Source of the DNA: Heteronotia binoei
Lineage: Eukaryota
Assembly: GCF_032191835.1 (NCBI RefSeq)
Contig: NW_026800101.1
Coordinates: 124,001 to 188,000, forward strand
Direction: 5' to 3'
DNA length: 64,000 bases
A program made the position numbers and the translations under genes. Position 1 is the stretch's first letter, and every line of letters starts with the position of its first letter. A model generated the notes under the pieces. The model was not told the origin of the DNA. It saw only the letters and a program-made list of their open reading frames with translations, and did not search any database. This document shows, in pieces, positions 45,201 to 55,573 of the stretch.

Positions 45201-45504
45201 AAACAAACTAGGCGGCCACAGTTCTCAACCCTAAAGGAAACCCGCTTTCTTTTCCCTCCTCCTCCTCTATTAAAACAAGGACTCTTCAAGCAGACTGAAC
45301 TACCCCTCCCCACCCTGTCAAAGGACCGTGAACCTCCTCGTGACAGGTTAGCAGGAAAGAAGGGGGACAGACAGAAGCCGTTTCAAGCCCAAGAAAAGGA
45401 GGTCGAGGGAGCCAACCGCCCTCGCCTGCTCAACCTGGGCTCCGTTCGCCCCTCTCCTCTTGCCAGCCCCCCACCGCAGCACCCACCTGCGTGTCAGCCG
45501 CCAT
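63..45504 (-). CDS. GCN1: GCN1 (eIF2-alpha kinase GCN2 activator), spliced gene; coding exons 1-41 present, 3' part continues beyond the left edge
   Basis: 41 exons hand-spliced at AG/GT (two GC) boundaries sum to 5355 nt = 1785 codons with no stop. Translation is collinear with vertebrate GCN1 from [14 protein letters not shown] to [11 protein letters not shown]. Confidence 0.98.
760..898 (-). CDS. GCN1: GCN1 exon 40
   Basis: [46 protein letters not shown]; cag/gtaaga. Confidence 0.97.
1081..1250 (+). mobile_element. Diverged Squam2-like SINE
   Basis: GGCTCAGTCGGTAAAGC...GTCCCAGGTTCATTCC...TAAGGCAGCTTCA. Confidence 0.65.
1285..1353 (-). CDS. GCN1: GCN1 exon 39
   Basis: [23 protein letters not shown]; cag/gtatgt. 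Confidence 0.96.
1955..2175 (-). CDS. GCN1: GCN1 exon 38
   Basis: [37 protein letters not shown]...[10 protein letters not shown]; cag/gtatgc. Confidence 0.97.
2411..2693 (+). mobile_element. Squam3-like tRNA-derived SINE
   Basis: GAGAGCCAGTTTGGTGTAGTGG head with A/B-box-like motifs and a (TTC)n tail; closely similar copies elsewhere in the window. Confidence 0.9.
3536..3715 (-). CDS. GCN1: GCN1 exon 37
   Basis: [31 protein letters not shown]...[11 protein letters not shown]; cag/gtaagc. Confidence 0.97.
4552..4666 (-). CDS. GCN1: GCN1 exon 36
   Basis: [38 protein letters not shown]; cag/gtatga. Confidence 0.97.
4990..5198 (-). mobile_element. 5S rRNA-derived SINE (5S-Sauria-like)
   Basis: Minus-strand head CAGATCTTGGAAGCTAAGCAGGGCTGACCC resembles the 5S internal control region; body shared with 63606-63827. 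Confidence 0.75.
5615..5736 (-). CDS. GCN1: GCN1 exon 35
   Basis: [40 protein letters not shown]; tag/gtaagg. Confidence 0.97.
6127..6373 (-). CDS. GCN1: GCN1 exon 34
   Basis: [27 protein letters not shown]...[13 protein letters not shown]; tag/gtgagt. Confidence 0.97.
6634..6917 (+). mobile_element. Squam3-like SINE
   Basis: Same family as 2411-2693; (TTC)n tail. Confidence 0.9.
7129..7345 (+). mobile_element. Squam2-like tRNA-derived SINE with CR1-type tail
   Basis: GGGACGGTGGCTCAGTGGTAG...GTTCAATCCC head; ATAAGGCAGCTTCATATGTTC tail. Confidence 0.88.
8340..8637 (-). mobile_element. Sauria SINE (Squam1)
   Basis: AAAGGTAAAGG tail on plus strand = (ACCTTT)n; GCCCTGTGGCACAGAGTGGT head on minus strand. 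Confidence 0.9.
9374..9568 (-). CDS. GCN1: GCN1 exon 33
   Basis: [31 protein letters not shown]...[10 protein letters not shown]; cag/gtagtg. Confidence 0.96.
10866..11095 (+). mobile_element. Older Squam3-like SINE
   Basis: GTGTGGTGTAGTGGTTAA...CAGCCTAACCAACCTCACAGGGTTGTTGTGAG, diverged. Confidence 0.75.
11509..11674 (-). CDS. GCN1: GCN1 exon 32 (GC donor)
   Basis: [55 protein letters not shown]; cag/gcaagt. Confidence 0.93.
11793..11863 (-). CDS. GCN1: GCN1 exon 31
   Basis: [23 protein letters not shown]; cag/gtactc. Confidence 0.95.
11978..12167 (-). CDS. GCN1: GCN1 exon 30
   Basis: [36 protein letters not shown]...MEIYQEKLY; cag/gtaagt. Confidence 0.96.
12844..12971 (-). CDS. GCN1: GCN1 exon 29
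   Basis: [42 protein letters not shown]; cag/gtgagg. Confidence 0.95.
13694..13837 (-). CDS. GCN1: GCN1 exon 28
   Basis: [48 protein letters not shown]; cag/gtccgt. Confidence 0.93.
14137..15062. mobile_element. hAT-type MITE carrying a nested Squam3 SINE
   Basis: CAGGGTTGGCCAAA...TTTGACTATCCCTA degenerate TIRs; TSD TTCTAATC/TTCTAATT (7/8). Confidence 0.7.
14185..14462 (-). mobile_element. Squam3-like SINE nested in a hAT MITE
   Basis: Reverse complement of the 2411-2693 family. Confidence 0.9.
15568..15648 (-). CDS. GCN1: GCN1 exon 27
   Basis: [27 protein letters not shown]; cag/gtgaat. Confidence 0.95.
15920..16095 (-). mobile_element. 5S rRNA-derived SINE, diverged
   Basis: TCTCCCATCCAAGTACTAATCAGGGCTGACCC. 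Confidence 0.7.
16472..16653 (-). CDS. GCN1: GCN1 exon 26
   Basis: [32 protein letters not shown]...QSLLVDE; cag/gttaga. Confidence 0.94.
16987..17403. mobile_element. MITE (CARTGTTCCCTCTAAG TIR family) with nested Squam2 SINE
   Basis: Collinear with 45945-46714 once the SINE is removed. Confidence 0.8.
17028..17230 (-). mobile_element. Squam2-like SINE nested in a MITE, TSD CAAAAATT
   Basis: Reverse complement of 7129-7345; CAAAAATT at 17020-17027 and 17231-17238. Confidence 0.9.
17699..17857 (-). CDS. GCN1: GCN1 exon 25
   Basis: [52 protein letters not shown]; cag/gtgagg. Confidence 0.95.
19117..19315 (-). CDS. GCN1: GCN1 exon 24
   Basis: [66 protein letters not shown]; cag/gttagt. Confidence 0.95.
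19465..19603 (-). mobile_element. Degenerate Squam3-like SINE 3' part, interrupted by a MITE
   Basis: TTTTATCCT...GTAAGCTAGGCTGGGACAGTATAACTGGACCCAAGATCACCC. Confidence 0.6.
19604..20089. mobile_element. Non-autonomous hAT-type DNA transposon (TAGGGTTGCCA TIR)
   Basis: TAGGGTTGCCA...TGGCAGCCCGA; perfect 8-bp TSD GTTCCTGG at 19596-19603 and 20090-20097. Confidence 0.88.
21382..21495 (-). CDS. GCN1: GCN1 exon 23 (GC donor)
   Basis: [38 protein letters not shown]; cag/gcaagt. Confidence 0.92.
22226..22461 (+). mobile_element. CR1 LINE 3' end containing a (TA)n/(TG)n microsatellite
   Basis: GGATTGGATAAAAATATGGAGCAGAGGTCCATCAGTGGCTATTAGCC...GGCCTGATCCAACATGG...CTTATGTTCTT. Confidence 0.88.
22681..22774 (-). 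CDS. GCN1: GCN1 exon 22
   Basis: [31 protein letters not shown]; cag/gtgagg. Confidence 0.96.
23163..23341 (-). CDS. GCN1: GCN1 exon 21
   Basis: [24 protein letters not shown]...[20 protein letters not shown]; tag/gtgaaa. Confidence 0.95.
23940..24064 (-). CDS. GCN1: GCN1 exon 20
   Basis: [41 protein letters not shown]; cag/gtaacc. Confidence 0.94.
24180..24369 (-). CDS. GCN1: GCN1 exon 19
   Basis: [27 protein letters not shown]...[14 protein letters not shown]; aag/gtgagt. Confidence 0.94.
24571..24915. mobile_element. Penelope-like retroelement terminal-repeat fragments in inverted arrangement
   Basis: GCACCTTAAAGACTAACAA...GAGCTTTCG...GCTCACTTCTTCAG motif, typical of reptile Penelope-like repeats; inverted and direct segments. 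Confidence 0.7.
25806..26306. repeat. Long imperfect inverted repeat (foldback) in GCN1 intron 18
   Basis: Arms ~25806-25996 and ~26112-26306 are reverse complements with indels; inner perfect 15-bp IR at 25994-26008/26029-26043. Confidence 0.9.
26614..26773 (-). CDS. GCN1: GCN1 exon 18
   Basis: [53 protein letters not shown]; cag/gtaaat. Confidence 0.95.
26945..27571 (+). mobile_element. Possible solo LTR
   Basis: TGCCGA...TCGGCA terminal IR (TG...CA) and an internal TATAAAA at 27234-27240; no TSD or AATAAA seen. Confidence 0.3.
28130..28205 (-). CDS. GCN1: GCN1 exon 17
   Basis: [24 protein letters not shown]; cag/gtatgt. Confidence 0.94.
28801..28893 (-). CDS. GCN1: GCN1 exon 16
   Basis: [30 protein letters not shown]; cag/gtgagt. 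Confidence 0.95.
30005..30125 (-). mobile_element. 5S rRNA-derived SINE fragment
   Basis: GGTCTCCCATTCAAATACTAACCAGGACCAACCCTGCTTAGCTTCTGAGATC. Confidence 0.7.
30596..30748 (-). CDS. GCN1: GCN1 exon 15
   Basis: [50 protein letters not shown]; cag/gtaatc. Confidence 0.95.
31462..31635 (-). CDS. GCN1: GCN1 exon 14
   Basis: [57 protein letters not shown]; cag/gtaagg. Confidence 0.95.
31766..31864 (-). CDS. GCN1: GCN1 exon 13
   Basis: [32 protein letters not shown]; tag/gtcagc. Confidence 0.94.
32173..32223 (-). CDS. GCN1: GCN1 exon 12
   Basis: [16 protein letters not shown]; tag/gtacga. Confidence 0.93.
33085..33172 (+). mobile_element. L2-like LINE 3' tail
   Basis: TGTAAGCCGCCCTGAGCC...GGGAGGGCAGGGTATAAAT plus (TAT)n; similar tails at ~9135-9193 (+), ~22915-22975 (-) and ~61460-61530 (+). 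Confidence 0.6.
33622..33750 (-). CDS. GCN1: GCN1 exon 11
   Basis: [42 protein letters not shown]; tag/gtgagt. Confidence 0.95.
34392..34603 (-). mobile_element. Squam2-like SINE
   Basis: Reverse complement of 7129-7345. Confidence 0.9.
34987..35061 (-). CDS. GCN1: GCN1 exon 10
   Basis: [24 protein letters not shown]; cag/gtaagt. Confidence 0.95.
35381..35489 (-). CDS. GCN1: GCN1 exon 9
   Basis: [36 protein letters not shown]; cag/gtgagt. Confidence 0.95.
35838..36130 (-). mobile_element. Sauria SINE (Squam1)
   Basis: High similarity to 8340-8637. Confidence 0.9.
36657..36765 (+). repeat. Tandem duplication, 2 x ~54 bp
   Basis: GGAATTCAAATAGATATAATACAC...GAAAAACTAGTGG occurs twice. Confidence 0.9.
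36920..37100 (+). mobile_element. Old CR1 fragment
   Basis: CCAATGAAAATGA...AACTTATGGAGTCTGCTGC...TCCATCAACGCCTACTAGCC resembles the end of CR1 ORF2. Confidence 0.55.
37128..37665 (-). mobile_element. CR1 LINE 3' fragment (ORF2 C-terminus plus 3' UTR), internally deleted
   Basis: ORF 37345-37632 reads [16 protein letters not shown]...[12 protein letters not shown]...EERLKRLG; (CTTATGTT)-type CR1 tail. Confidence 0.92.
37908..37976 (-). CDS. GCN1: GCN1 exon 8
   Basis: [23 protein letters not shown]; cag/gtgaga. Confidence 0.95.
38184..38318 (-). CDS. GCN1: GCN1 exon 7
   Basis: [45 protein letters not shown]; tag/gtgagt. Confidence 0.95.
38417..38515 (-). CDS. GCN1: GCN1 exon 6
   Basis: [33 protein letters not shown]; cag/gtgaag. 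Confidence 0.95.
39068..39176 (-). CDS. GCN1: GCN1 exon 5
   Basis: [36 protein letters not shown]; cag/gtaagg. Confidence 0.95.
39664..39954. mobile_element. Penelope-like terminal repeats: inverted pair plus tandem copy
   Basis: Same family as 24571-24915; 55-bp arms at 39684-39738 and 39743-39797. Confidence 0.7.
40622..40753 (-). CDS. GCN1: GCN1 exon 4
   Basis: [43 protein letters not shown]; tag/gtgaga. Confidence 0.95.
41396..41459 (-). CDS. GCN1: GCN1 exon 3
   Basis: [21 protein letters not shown]; cag/gtgaga. Confidence 0.95.
41514..41716 (-). mobile_element. Diverged Squam2-like SINE
   Basis: GAACATATGAAATTGCCTTATAC...GAACCTGGAGCCTTGTGCATG. Confidence 0.7.
42459..42715 (-). mobile_element. 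Squam3-like SINE
   Basis: Reverse-complement similarity to the family, moderately diverged. Confidence 0.85.
42803..42905 (-). CDS. GCN1: GCN1 exon 2
   Basis: tttag|[34 protein letters not shown]|gtatat. Confidence 0.95.
43090..43250 (-). mobile_element. Old CR1 fragment
   Basis: GGCTAATAACTTCTGACAAATCTATTTTCCATGAGTTTGTCTACTCCC. Confidence 0.5.
44475..44580 (+). mobile_element. Squam3-like SINE 3' fragment
   Basis: CAGCCTAACTTACATCACCAAGTTGATGTGAGGATAAAATGG. Confidence 0.6.
44738..44850. mobile_element. Penelope-like terminal-repeat fragment (second subfamily)
   Basis: AGTCCAGTAGCACCTTAAAGACCAACAAGATTTT. Confidence 0.5.
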
Positions 45505-45780
45505 AGCGCCGGCTCCGACCCGGAAACAGTATCAACATCGCATGCCGTGTGGTTGGCGCAGTGTGCTTACGTCAAAAGCCCGTCAGCGTACGAAAGAACG
45601 AGAAAGGCCTGCGCCGCCTGCCACGCCCTCAGACTTTCCTCTCCCTTTCTACAGTTGCTAAGCGACAAGGCGGGGGGGGACAGGGAGAGGGTCCTTTTAA
45701 CAATATTCGATTAGGCTATAAGTGTATCTTTCCTATACAGAAGTCCTGATGCGCGAAGCGGGGCGCTGCTGGACTGCTGT
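45400..45780 (-). promoter_or_regulatory. GCN1 CpG-island promoter / 5' leader
   Basis: Local CpG enrichment around the start codon. CCGGAA ETS-like core at 45520-45525; TGACGTAA CRE/ATF-like octamer at 45567-45574 (minus strand). TSS not determinable from sequence. Confidence 0.7.
45487..45504 (-). CDS. GCN1: GCN1 coding exon 1 (18 nt)
   Basis: ATG GCG GCT GAC ACG CAG|gtgggt = MAADTQ; lies in a CpG island. Confidence 0.93.
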
Positions 45781-45944
45781 TTTATTTTACTACAGTAGAC
45801 TAACACTCTTACCCCCCTGGTAACCTCACCATACAGATATTTTGTGTAGGGTTATAAAAATAAACAGCAAGAATCGTGGGATGTAGGAAACACTGTGAAA
45901 TGTTGTTATGTAAAAATTAAAATCTAATTCATTAGTTAGGTGAA

Positions 45945-46714
45945 CAATGTTCCCTCTAAGCTGCAGTCTTGTGAGCAAAAATTCTACTGAGCTACTGACA
46001 TTAAAGTTGTGAGCTACTGCATAAATTAGTATGCTCTGGGGTCATTCTTCCTGAGCTAAGACAAAAATGTGTGAGCTGGATGCTAAGAATCTGTGAGCTA
46101 GCTCACACTAACTCAGCTTAGAACAGGGGGTGTAGAACTCATTTGTTATGAGGGACGGAGCTGACATAAATGAGACCTTGTTGGGCCAAGCCATGTCGGG
46201 CGGGGCCATGTGTGTACCTATTTAAGATTAGGTAGCAGAGATATACATTTTATAAAGAACACAAACATATATGTATATTTATTTATAAAATTTCTCTTTG
46301 CTATATATATTTTAATTTTTTAAAAAACAACTTAAAACATGCTTAAAACGTTAGCACTCATTGGTCTTAAAGAGCTCTGGCTTTTTCCTTCCTTCCCCAG
46401 GTGACTGGTAGGGGAGGAGCCTCAGCCAACAGAAGGAAGAGAGGCTTGGCTCAGCTCTGCTGTGCAATTGAGAGCCTGGCAAAGCAAGCTCTTCCTCCTT
46501 AAGGGAGGAGCCTCAGCCAATGGAGAAAAGAGGTTTTGCTCTGTAGCTGCTGTGCAATTGAGCAAGCCTTGCAAAGCAAGCTGTTATGCAGAAGGAAGAG
46601 ATAGGGAAAAGGAAGATGACAGCCAGTTGCTCAGGGGCCTGATAGGAGCCCTCCAAGGGCCTGACTCAGCCCCCGAATTGCATATTTGACACCCCTGGCT
46701 TAGAGAGAACACTG
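45945..46714. mobile_element. MITE (CAATGTTCCCTCTAAGCTG...CAGCTTAGAGAGAACACTG) with a second MITE inserted in its right TIR
   Basis: TIRs visible; flank TAGGTGAA at 45937-45944 recurs at 46719-46726. Confidence 0.8.
46124..46697. mobile_element. hAT-type MITE (CAGGGG TIR), nested
   Basis: CAGGGGGTGTAGAA...TTTGACACCCCTG; TSD GCTTAGAA/GCTTAGAG (7/8). Confidence 0.8.
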
Positions 46715-46899
46715 TAGGTAGGTGAACATCTGTAACGGGGAGGTCCCTGGTTTTATTAAGAGAATTGGGGTAGTAGTTAGATAAAAACCCTATATTCCAG
46801 TTCAAATTTGTGGGAGTGTGGAAACTTTGCTAGATCAGACTGACACAGCTGCTTCTTTCCAGTGACATTACATTTAATTACTGATTTGTGTCCCCTATG

Positions 46900-47048
46900 A
46901 GGATCCAAAGCAGCTTCCTGTATTCCTGGTTCTCCCTTTTAACCAGCCAATAACTCAGTGAGGTAGGTGACTGTCCCAGGGTCACCCAGAACACTTCTAA
47001 TGGCAACCTGGGTTTCCCAGATCCTCATCTACCACGCTAACCACACCT
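46900..47048 (-). mobile_element. Degenerate Squam3-like SINE
   Basis: GTGAGGTAGGTGACTGTCCCAGGGTCACCCAG...ACCACGCTAACCAC. Confidence 0.55.
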
Positions 47049-47500
47049 ACTCTCTTTAGAACGAACTACTTACAACTACTTCTAAAAGTCATAGAACAGT
47101 GATCTACTTTTCAGGTTTCTCGGATCTCTGAGGCAGCCGAAATGTCCACCACCACAAAATGGTGGACTGGGGGGGGGGCGGTGTTGTATTGTGTCTTTAA
47201 TGAAGGCAACAGAAAATACTTCTCCACACCATTCACTAACTTTTCAAATTTACAAGTTGCTATGAAGGCTTCTAAAATATGTGCCTTCAAAGATTACAGT
47301 TCCTACGGTTATCAATAGAACTGTGGGGAATTCCTGGAGATCTGGGGTAGCACTGGGAAGGCTTGTATTTGTGGAATGGAGTTCAGCAGTGATGTAATTC
47401 CACATAATAAAATAATAATCATATGGCACTGTGTATGGTATAGCCAGGAGATCCAAGTTCTGGCAGCCAAGTTCTAACTCTCTTGCAGCAAGCTAGACTT

Positions 47501-47610
47501 ATTTGGGGGGACTGAGAGAGCTCTGAACTGTGACTGACTCCAAGGTCACCTTCATGTGGAGGGCAGACTCTTACCCAGTTCCCCAGATTAGAGTCTGCCA
47601 CTCAACCACC
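47501..47610 (-). mobile_element. Squam3-like SINE fragment
   Basis: CCCCAGATTAGAGTCTGCC head remnant. Confidence 0.65.
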
Positions 47611-48850
47611 AGATGTTTATCAAGTAAGCATATAATGTAAATCAATCTTTTTGTTAATGCAAGAATTTCATGTCCACTGTTCTTGGTCTTCTAGGGTGCC
47701 TTCTTTTGGTGCTTTGTACTTAATTAACTGCTGGTTTTTACTCTCAAATGGACACCATCTTTCCTCCTTCTTAAAGGCTAAAGTGAAACCCACTCCCAAT
47801 TTATCAAATCACGTTTGTTGTCCACACAAAGGAGGCAGAAAACAAACCTCAAGCATAGCATTAAACACTTCTCCTCCACTGGGGCTTTCATACACGTCAT
47901 ATTTTAGATGGTCCTAAGAAGGCACTAAATGAGTTACTTTTTGCTTGCTTAGGTGGAGTATGGTACTGTAATACCTTTTCCCCAACAGTCTGGACCGGAC
48001 ATGTAAATTGAAGTCTACAAATATCAAAAAGGACAGATTGTTGTGTTAGTCTTTACATCAAAATTATACAGGAGCCTAGTAAACATCTTGCTGCATAAAG
48101 TTGCATCTCATAAACTCCAACTCACAAATGCTATGCTGGAATTTTAGCTTTTAAGGTGGTATTGACTTTGTCAGATTCAACACAGGCACCTCTATCAAAC
48201 TTGCCCACTGTTATGTATCATTTGGTTGGTCTTAATAAAAGGTATTATGTGAACTGGTGTTTATCAAAGGCCAGGCAAAAGTTAGAACTCAAATTTATAG
48301 AAATTTACGAAATCTATCCAAATACTTTCAATGACGCTTGCAGTGTTGAAGTTGTTCCATGCAATACACTCCAGTCTACATGCGGCAATCTCCTTCAAGC
48401 CACTGTACAAGAATGAGTTGAGGTTAGAAGTGCTACAAGTAATCATTGATACTGACAAATCTGAGTTCTGGCAGATAATATTGGCATTGTCAGAAATGCT
48501 GCAGTGAGCTATAAACCTCTCTAAAAGGGCCTTTGCAAAATAAACTGAAAGTGGTTTTGTTTTTTTACATTTTTATCAGGGGGAAGTATATTTATTACAC
48601 AATAACACTGGAATCAAGCAGTTTATTCCCAAACCCCACCCAAGACTGAGCGGATTGTGAGGTTTTTTCCTCCCTCTGTTCAGTTCAGAGAACAGCAGCC
48701 CAAGGAAAACCTGCTCTGTAACCCACAAAATCTGGTCATCACTCAATCCAGATCCCAAGGTTAGAACTTAAATCATAGGCAAGACCATTACATGCCTCAT
48801 CTTCTGAAAGCAGACACTGCAATATGACACAGGTGTATAGAGAAGTAATC

Positions 48851-48856
48851 TTTATT
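48851..48856 (-). terminator. RPLP0 polyadenylation signal AATAAA
   Basis: tttatt on the plus strand, 49 nt downstream of the stop; fits the short 3' UTRs of ribosomal protein mRNAs. Confidence 0.85.
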
Positions 48857-48904
48857 CTTATTCTTTCGCTCTGCTCTGGTTGGCACATGACACAAACCAG
48901 CAGT

Positions 48905-52931
<4,027 letters not shown>

Positions 52932-53118
52932 CGCGGTGACCCAAGGATCGCGCAGCGGCGGCGGTTTAAAGACAAGGGATGTTACCTGGATAAGGGAGAG
53001 GAAGATGAGTCAGCACCATTGACCTGAGCTGCAGCCACGGCCGCCCCACCATCGGCCTTGCCTAACCCAATTTCTCCTAGGCCGCAGCCTAAAGGCCCAA
53101 CGGGCCTCCTACACTCAC

Positions 53119-53150
53119 CTCACTCACGAGGCCTCCGTGGAACAAAAGGG
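53119..53150 (-). other. RPLP0: RPLP0 non-coding exon 1 with 5'TOP tract
   Basis: Minus strand CCCTTTTGTTCC begins ~30 nt downstream of TATATAAA and ends at GAG|GTGAGT (alternative donor CTC|GTGAGT 9 nt upstream). Confidence 0.85.
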
Positions 53151-53310
53151 CGAACGCCGCCACCTCCCTCCTTTATATACTCGGCGCGCCGCAACCAATC
53201 AGCAACAAGCACAAACTTCCTTTCCGCCTCGCAGTTAATTGGGCGAGCGGAGATGGCCAATAAAAGGGGAGGGAAAGAGAAGGCGACTGTTGTATGTGAT
53301 TGGCTTTGGA
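53151..53310 (-). promoter_or_regulatory. RPLP0 promoter: TATA box and CCAAT boxes in a CpG island
   Basis: TATATAAA at 53172-53179 (minus). CCAAT at 53195-53199 plus further CCAAT/ATTGG motifs near 53238, 53276 and 53299. Confidence 0.85.
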
Positions 53311-55567
53311 AACTATCCTTCCAACAGGAGCTCCACCTCTTAAAAGTAGAAGCCAGAAACACCGACATAGCGTCTTGCAGGCGCGCCCTGCTGGTGGGCG
53401 TACTTAAACGCTCGCTGAGTTGTGGAAAACTTTTCAAAACTGCAGTCTTGTGAAGTTCCGTAGGAGTTAGCGATTAAGTGGGACTTGCTTTTCAACAAAC
53501 ATGGAAAGGGTTAGGCGGCTAGTGCAGCAGCTTTGCTATTAATATGCATACTGCAACGTTATTATTAAATATAATACCGTTTTCGCACACAACTTACCTC
53601 GCAGTCACAATCCTGTTCCCTCTGCAGCATCCAGCCGGATTTCCCACCATCTGTGCCGGAGTTACAGTTAGTGCCGCGGCTTTTGCATAGCAAACGTAAA
53701 CCGCTAAAACCCAATAAATAATGCACTTAGAAAAAAACTTTCAGCGAATGTTCCAATTTGATTTTGCCAGTCACACAGTAAAACCCAGTTGGAATGTGGT
53801 TTGAAAAGTGCATTATTTAGTGTCTTAAACCTTCAAGGGCTACAAGCTTCCTGCATATTTTTACATTTATATTGTTTTGTGTATGTATTTAAATTAGCAG
53901 ACTGAGTGGAAGTCACTATCAAATCTTAAATTGTTTCCCAGTACCTCATTTAAGTCTCAAATCAGCAGACTTCTTTAAAACAAGTGACTGATCCCTCAAA
54001 TAAGCTGTGAAACACCCTGTATCCTACATCCCCATGATCTGCTGACTGCCCCCTGCAAAACACAATTATAACTAGTCCAAAATTTTATTTGGCAACTCAT
54101 TTTAATATGCGATGCCTCCTGCAAAACCCTGGTTCCTTATTCATGGGTGCAAGGGTGGCTGGGAATACCCTTATTTTAAAACAATACTTTGGATCAGACA
54201 GAATGGAGGATTATTTCATAGAGGACAGAAACTCTTCTGTGAGGGTGTCTCAATTGGCATGGCTAGAATGACTGGGGTTCAAAACTAGTAATCCTTATTC
54301 ATAGGTATACCGGCAAGGAAAATGCTGAATCTTAAGTGAGAATGAAGCTGCAGTCGGTTCTGTTTCTACTGCAAATAATGTAAAAAAAAAATCATTCTCT
54401 TTTGCTTCCATTGTACAAGAGGAGCAGGGGAGCTATGAATCTGAGTGGCAAGGCCAACAAGACAGAGAGCACCTTCCCCTTGTAGGTTGCCTCAGTTCTC
54501 TAATGGACCCAGTTCCTCCCTTTGGCTCTTATGGTTTTCTGCCCATCAACACTGCTACCGAGCACTTTTTTGGTAGAAAAAAAAAACAGCAGAAGCTTCC
54601 CCATGCCTTTCCAGTGCTGAAGCCATTGGAAAGGTGTTTAAAGAAGCCTCCCCACGCCTTCCTCAGCATGCCAGCTGGAGCCTTGGTCAGCCGAGACGGA
54701 GCTCTGCTCCTGCGTGCTCCTGCCCAAAAAAAGCCCTGCTGCAAAGAGCAGAGGGCCATCCCAAGAGAGAGAACTTATCATTACCTCTTGCCCAAAGCTT
54801 CATTTTTGTGCAAGTCACACATTTAATTTCACTTTATTTCCAGTCCACCTTTCTCTTCACCCAGCTGCAACTACCCCAGGCCTTCACACATGCAGTTCCA
54901 ACCTTCCCCAACTTGCAGCTGTGCAGGAAGAAACAAAAAAGCTATCTCCTTGGAGTGCTGAGCTTCCAAGGAGTGTGAAAGAATTGTTGCTCTGCTCTCT
55001 TCACGACAGAGAAGACAGGACCTATCAGCTCCTGTTGTAGGGACCGCTATACCAACTGGGATGAAAAAGTACCTGGAGAATGTAGGACTGGGCAGTGGTC
55101 TTGTGCTTTGCTTTTTCACTACAAGGTACTCCTTTCTCCCAAAAGGAAAAGAGAGATAAGATCAGTACTGTCCACCAAGGGAAGGGGGAACACCCAGCTT
55201 TGCTAATCCCTGATTCCAGCACTGAATATGAACCTTACCTCTAGCATATTGTAAAACCTTCACAGACCAGCAAGGCTAAGATCTGAACTATGAGCATGTA
55301 GCCAATTAGCACAATTTTTTCGTCTGAACTTACAAAGTAGGTTTTATTTGATGTTAAATGTTTATTAAATTTACATCCTGCCCTTCCCAAAGTAAGATGA
55401 GGAGCAAGCTCCAGTTCCCAAAATAGTTTGTTCTCATTGATCCATGTGTTTACAACCTACAGTGTGATTAGGTTTCTAGCAGATTACTTAAATTCAACCC
55501 ATTACCCTGGGAGGATAACCAATAATCTACATATACTTGGTAAGGACACTGAAAATTATGGCAAAAT

Positions 55568-55573
55568 TTTATT
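55568..55573 (-). terminator. Candidate distal PXN polyadenylation signal AATAAA
   Basis: First canonical AATAAA I found downstream of the PXN stop (minus strand ...GATGATGCTAATAAAATTTTG). It would imply a ~4.5-kb 3' UTR. Confidence 0.5.

Noticed and set aside
53058-53453. 131-aa plus-strand ORF over the RPLP0 promoter
   Set aside because: Begins with TTG, lies in GC-rich promoter DNA and has no recognisable protein features.
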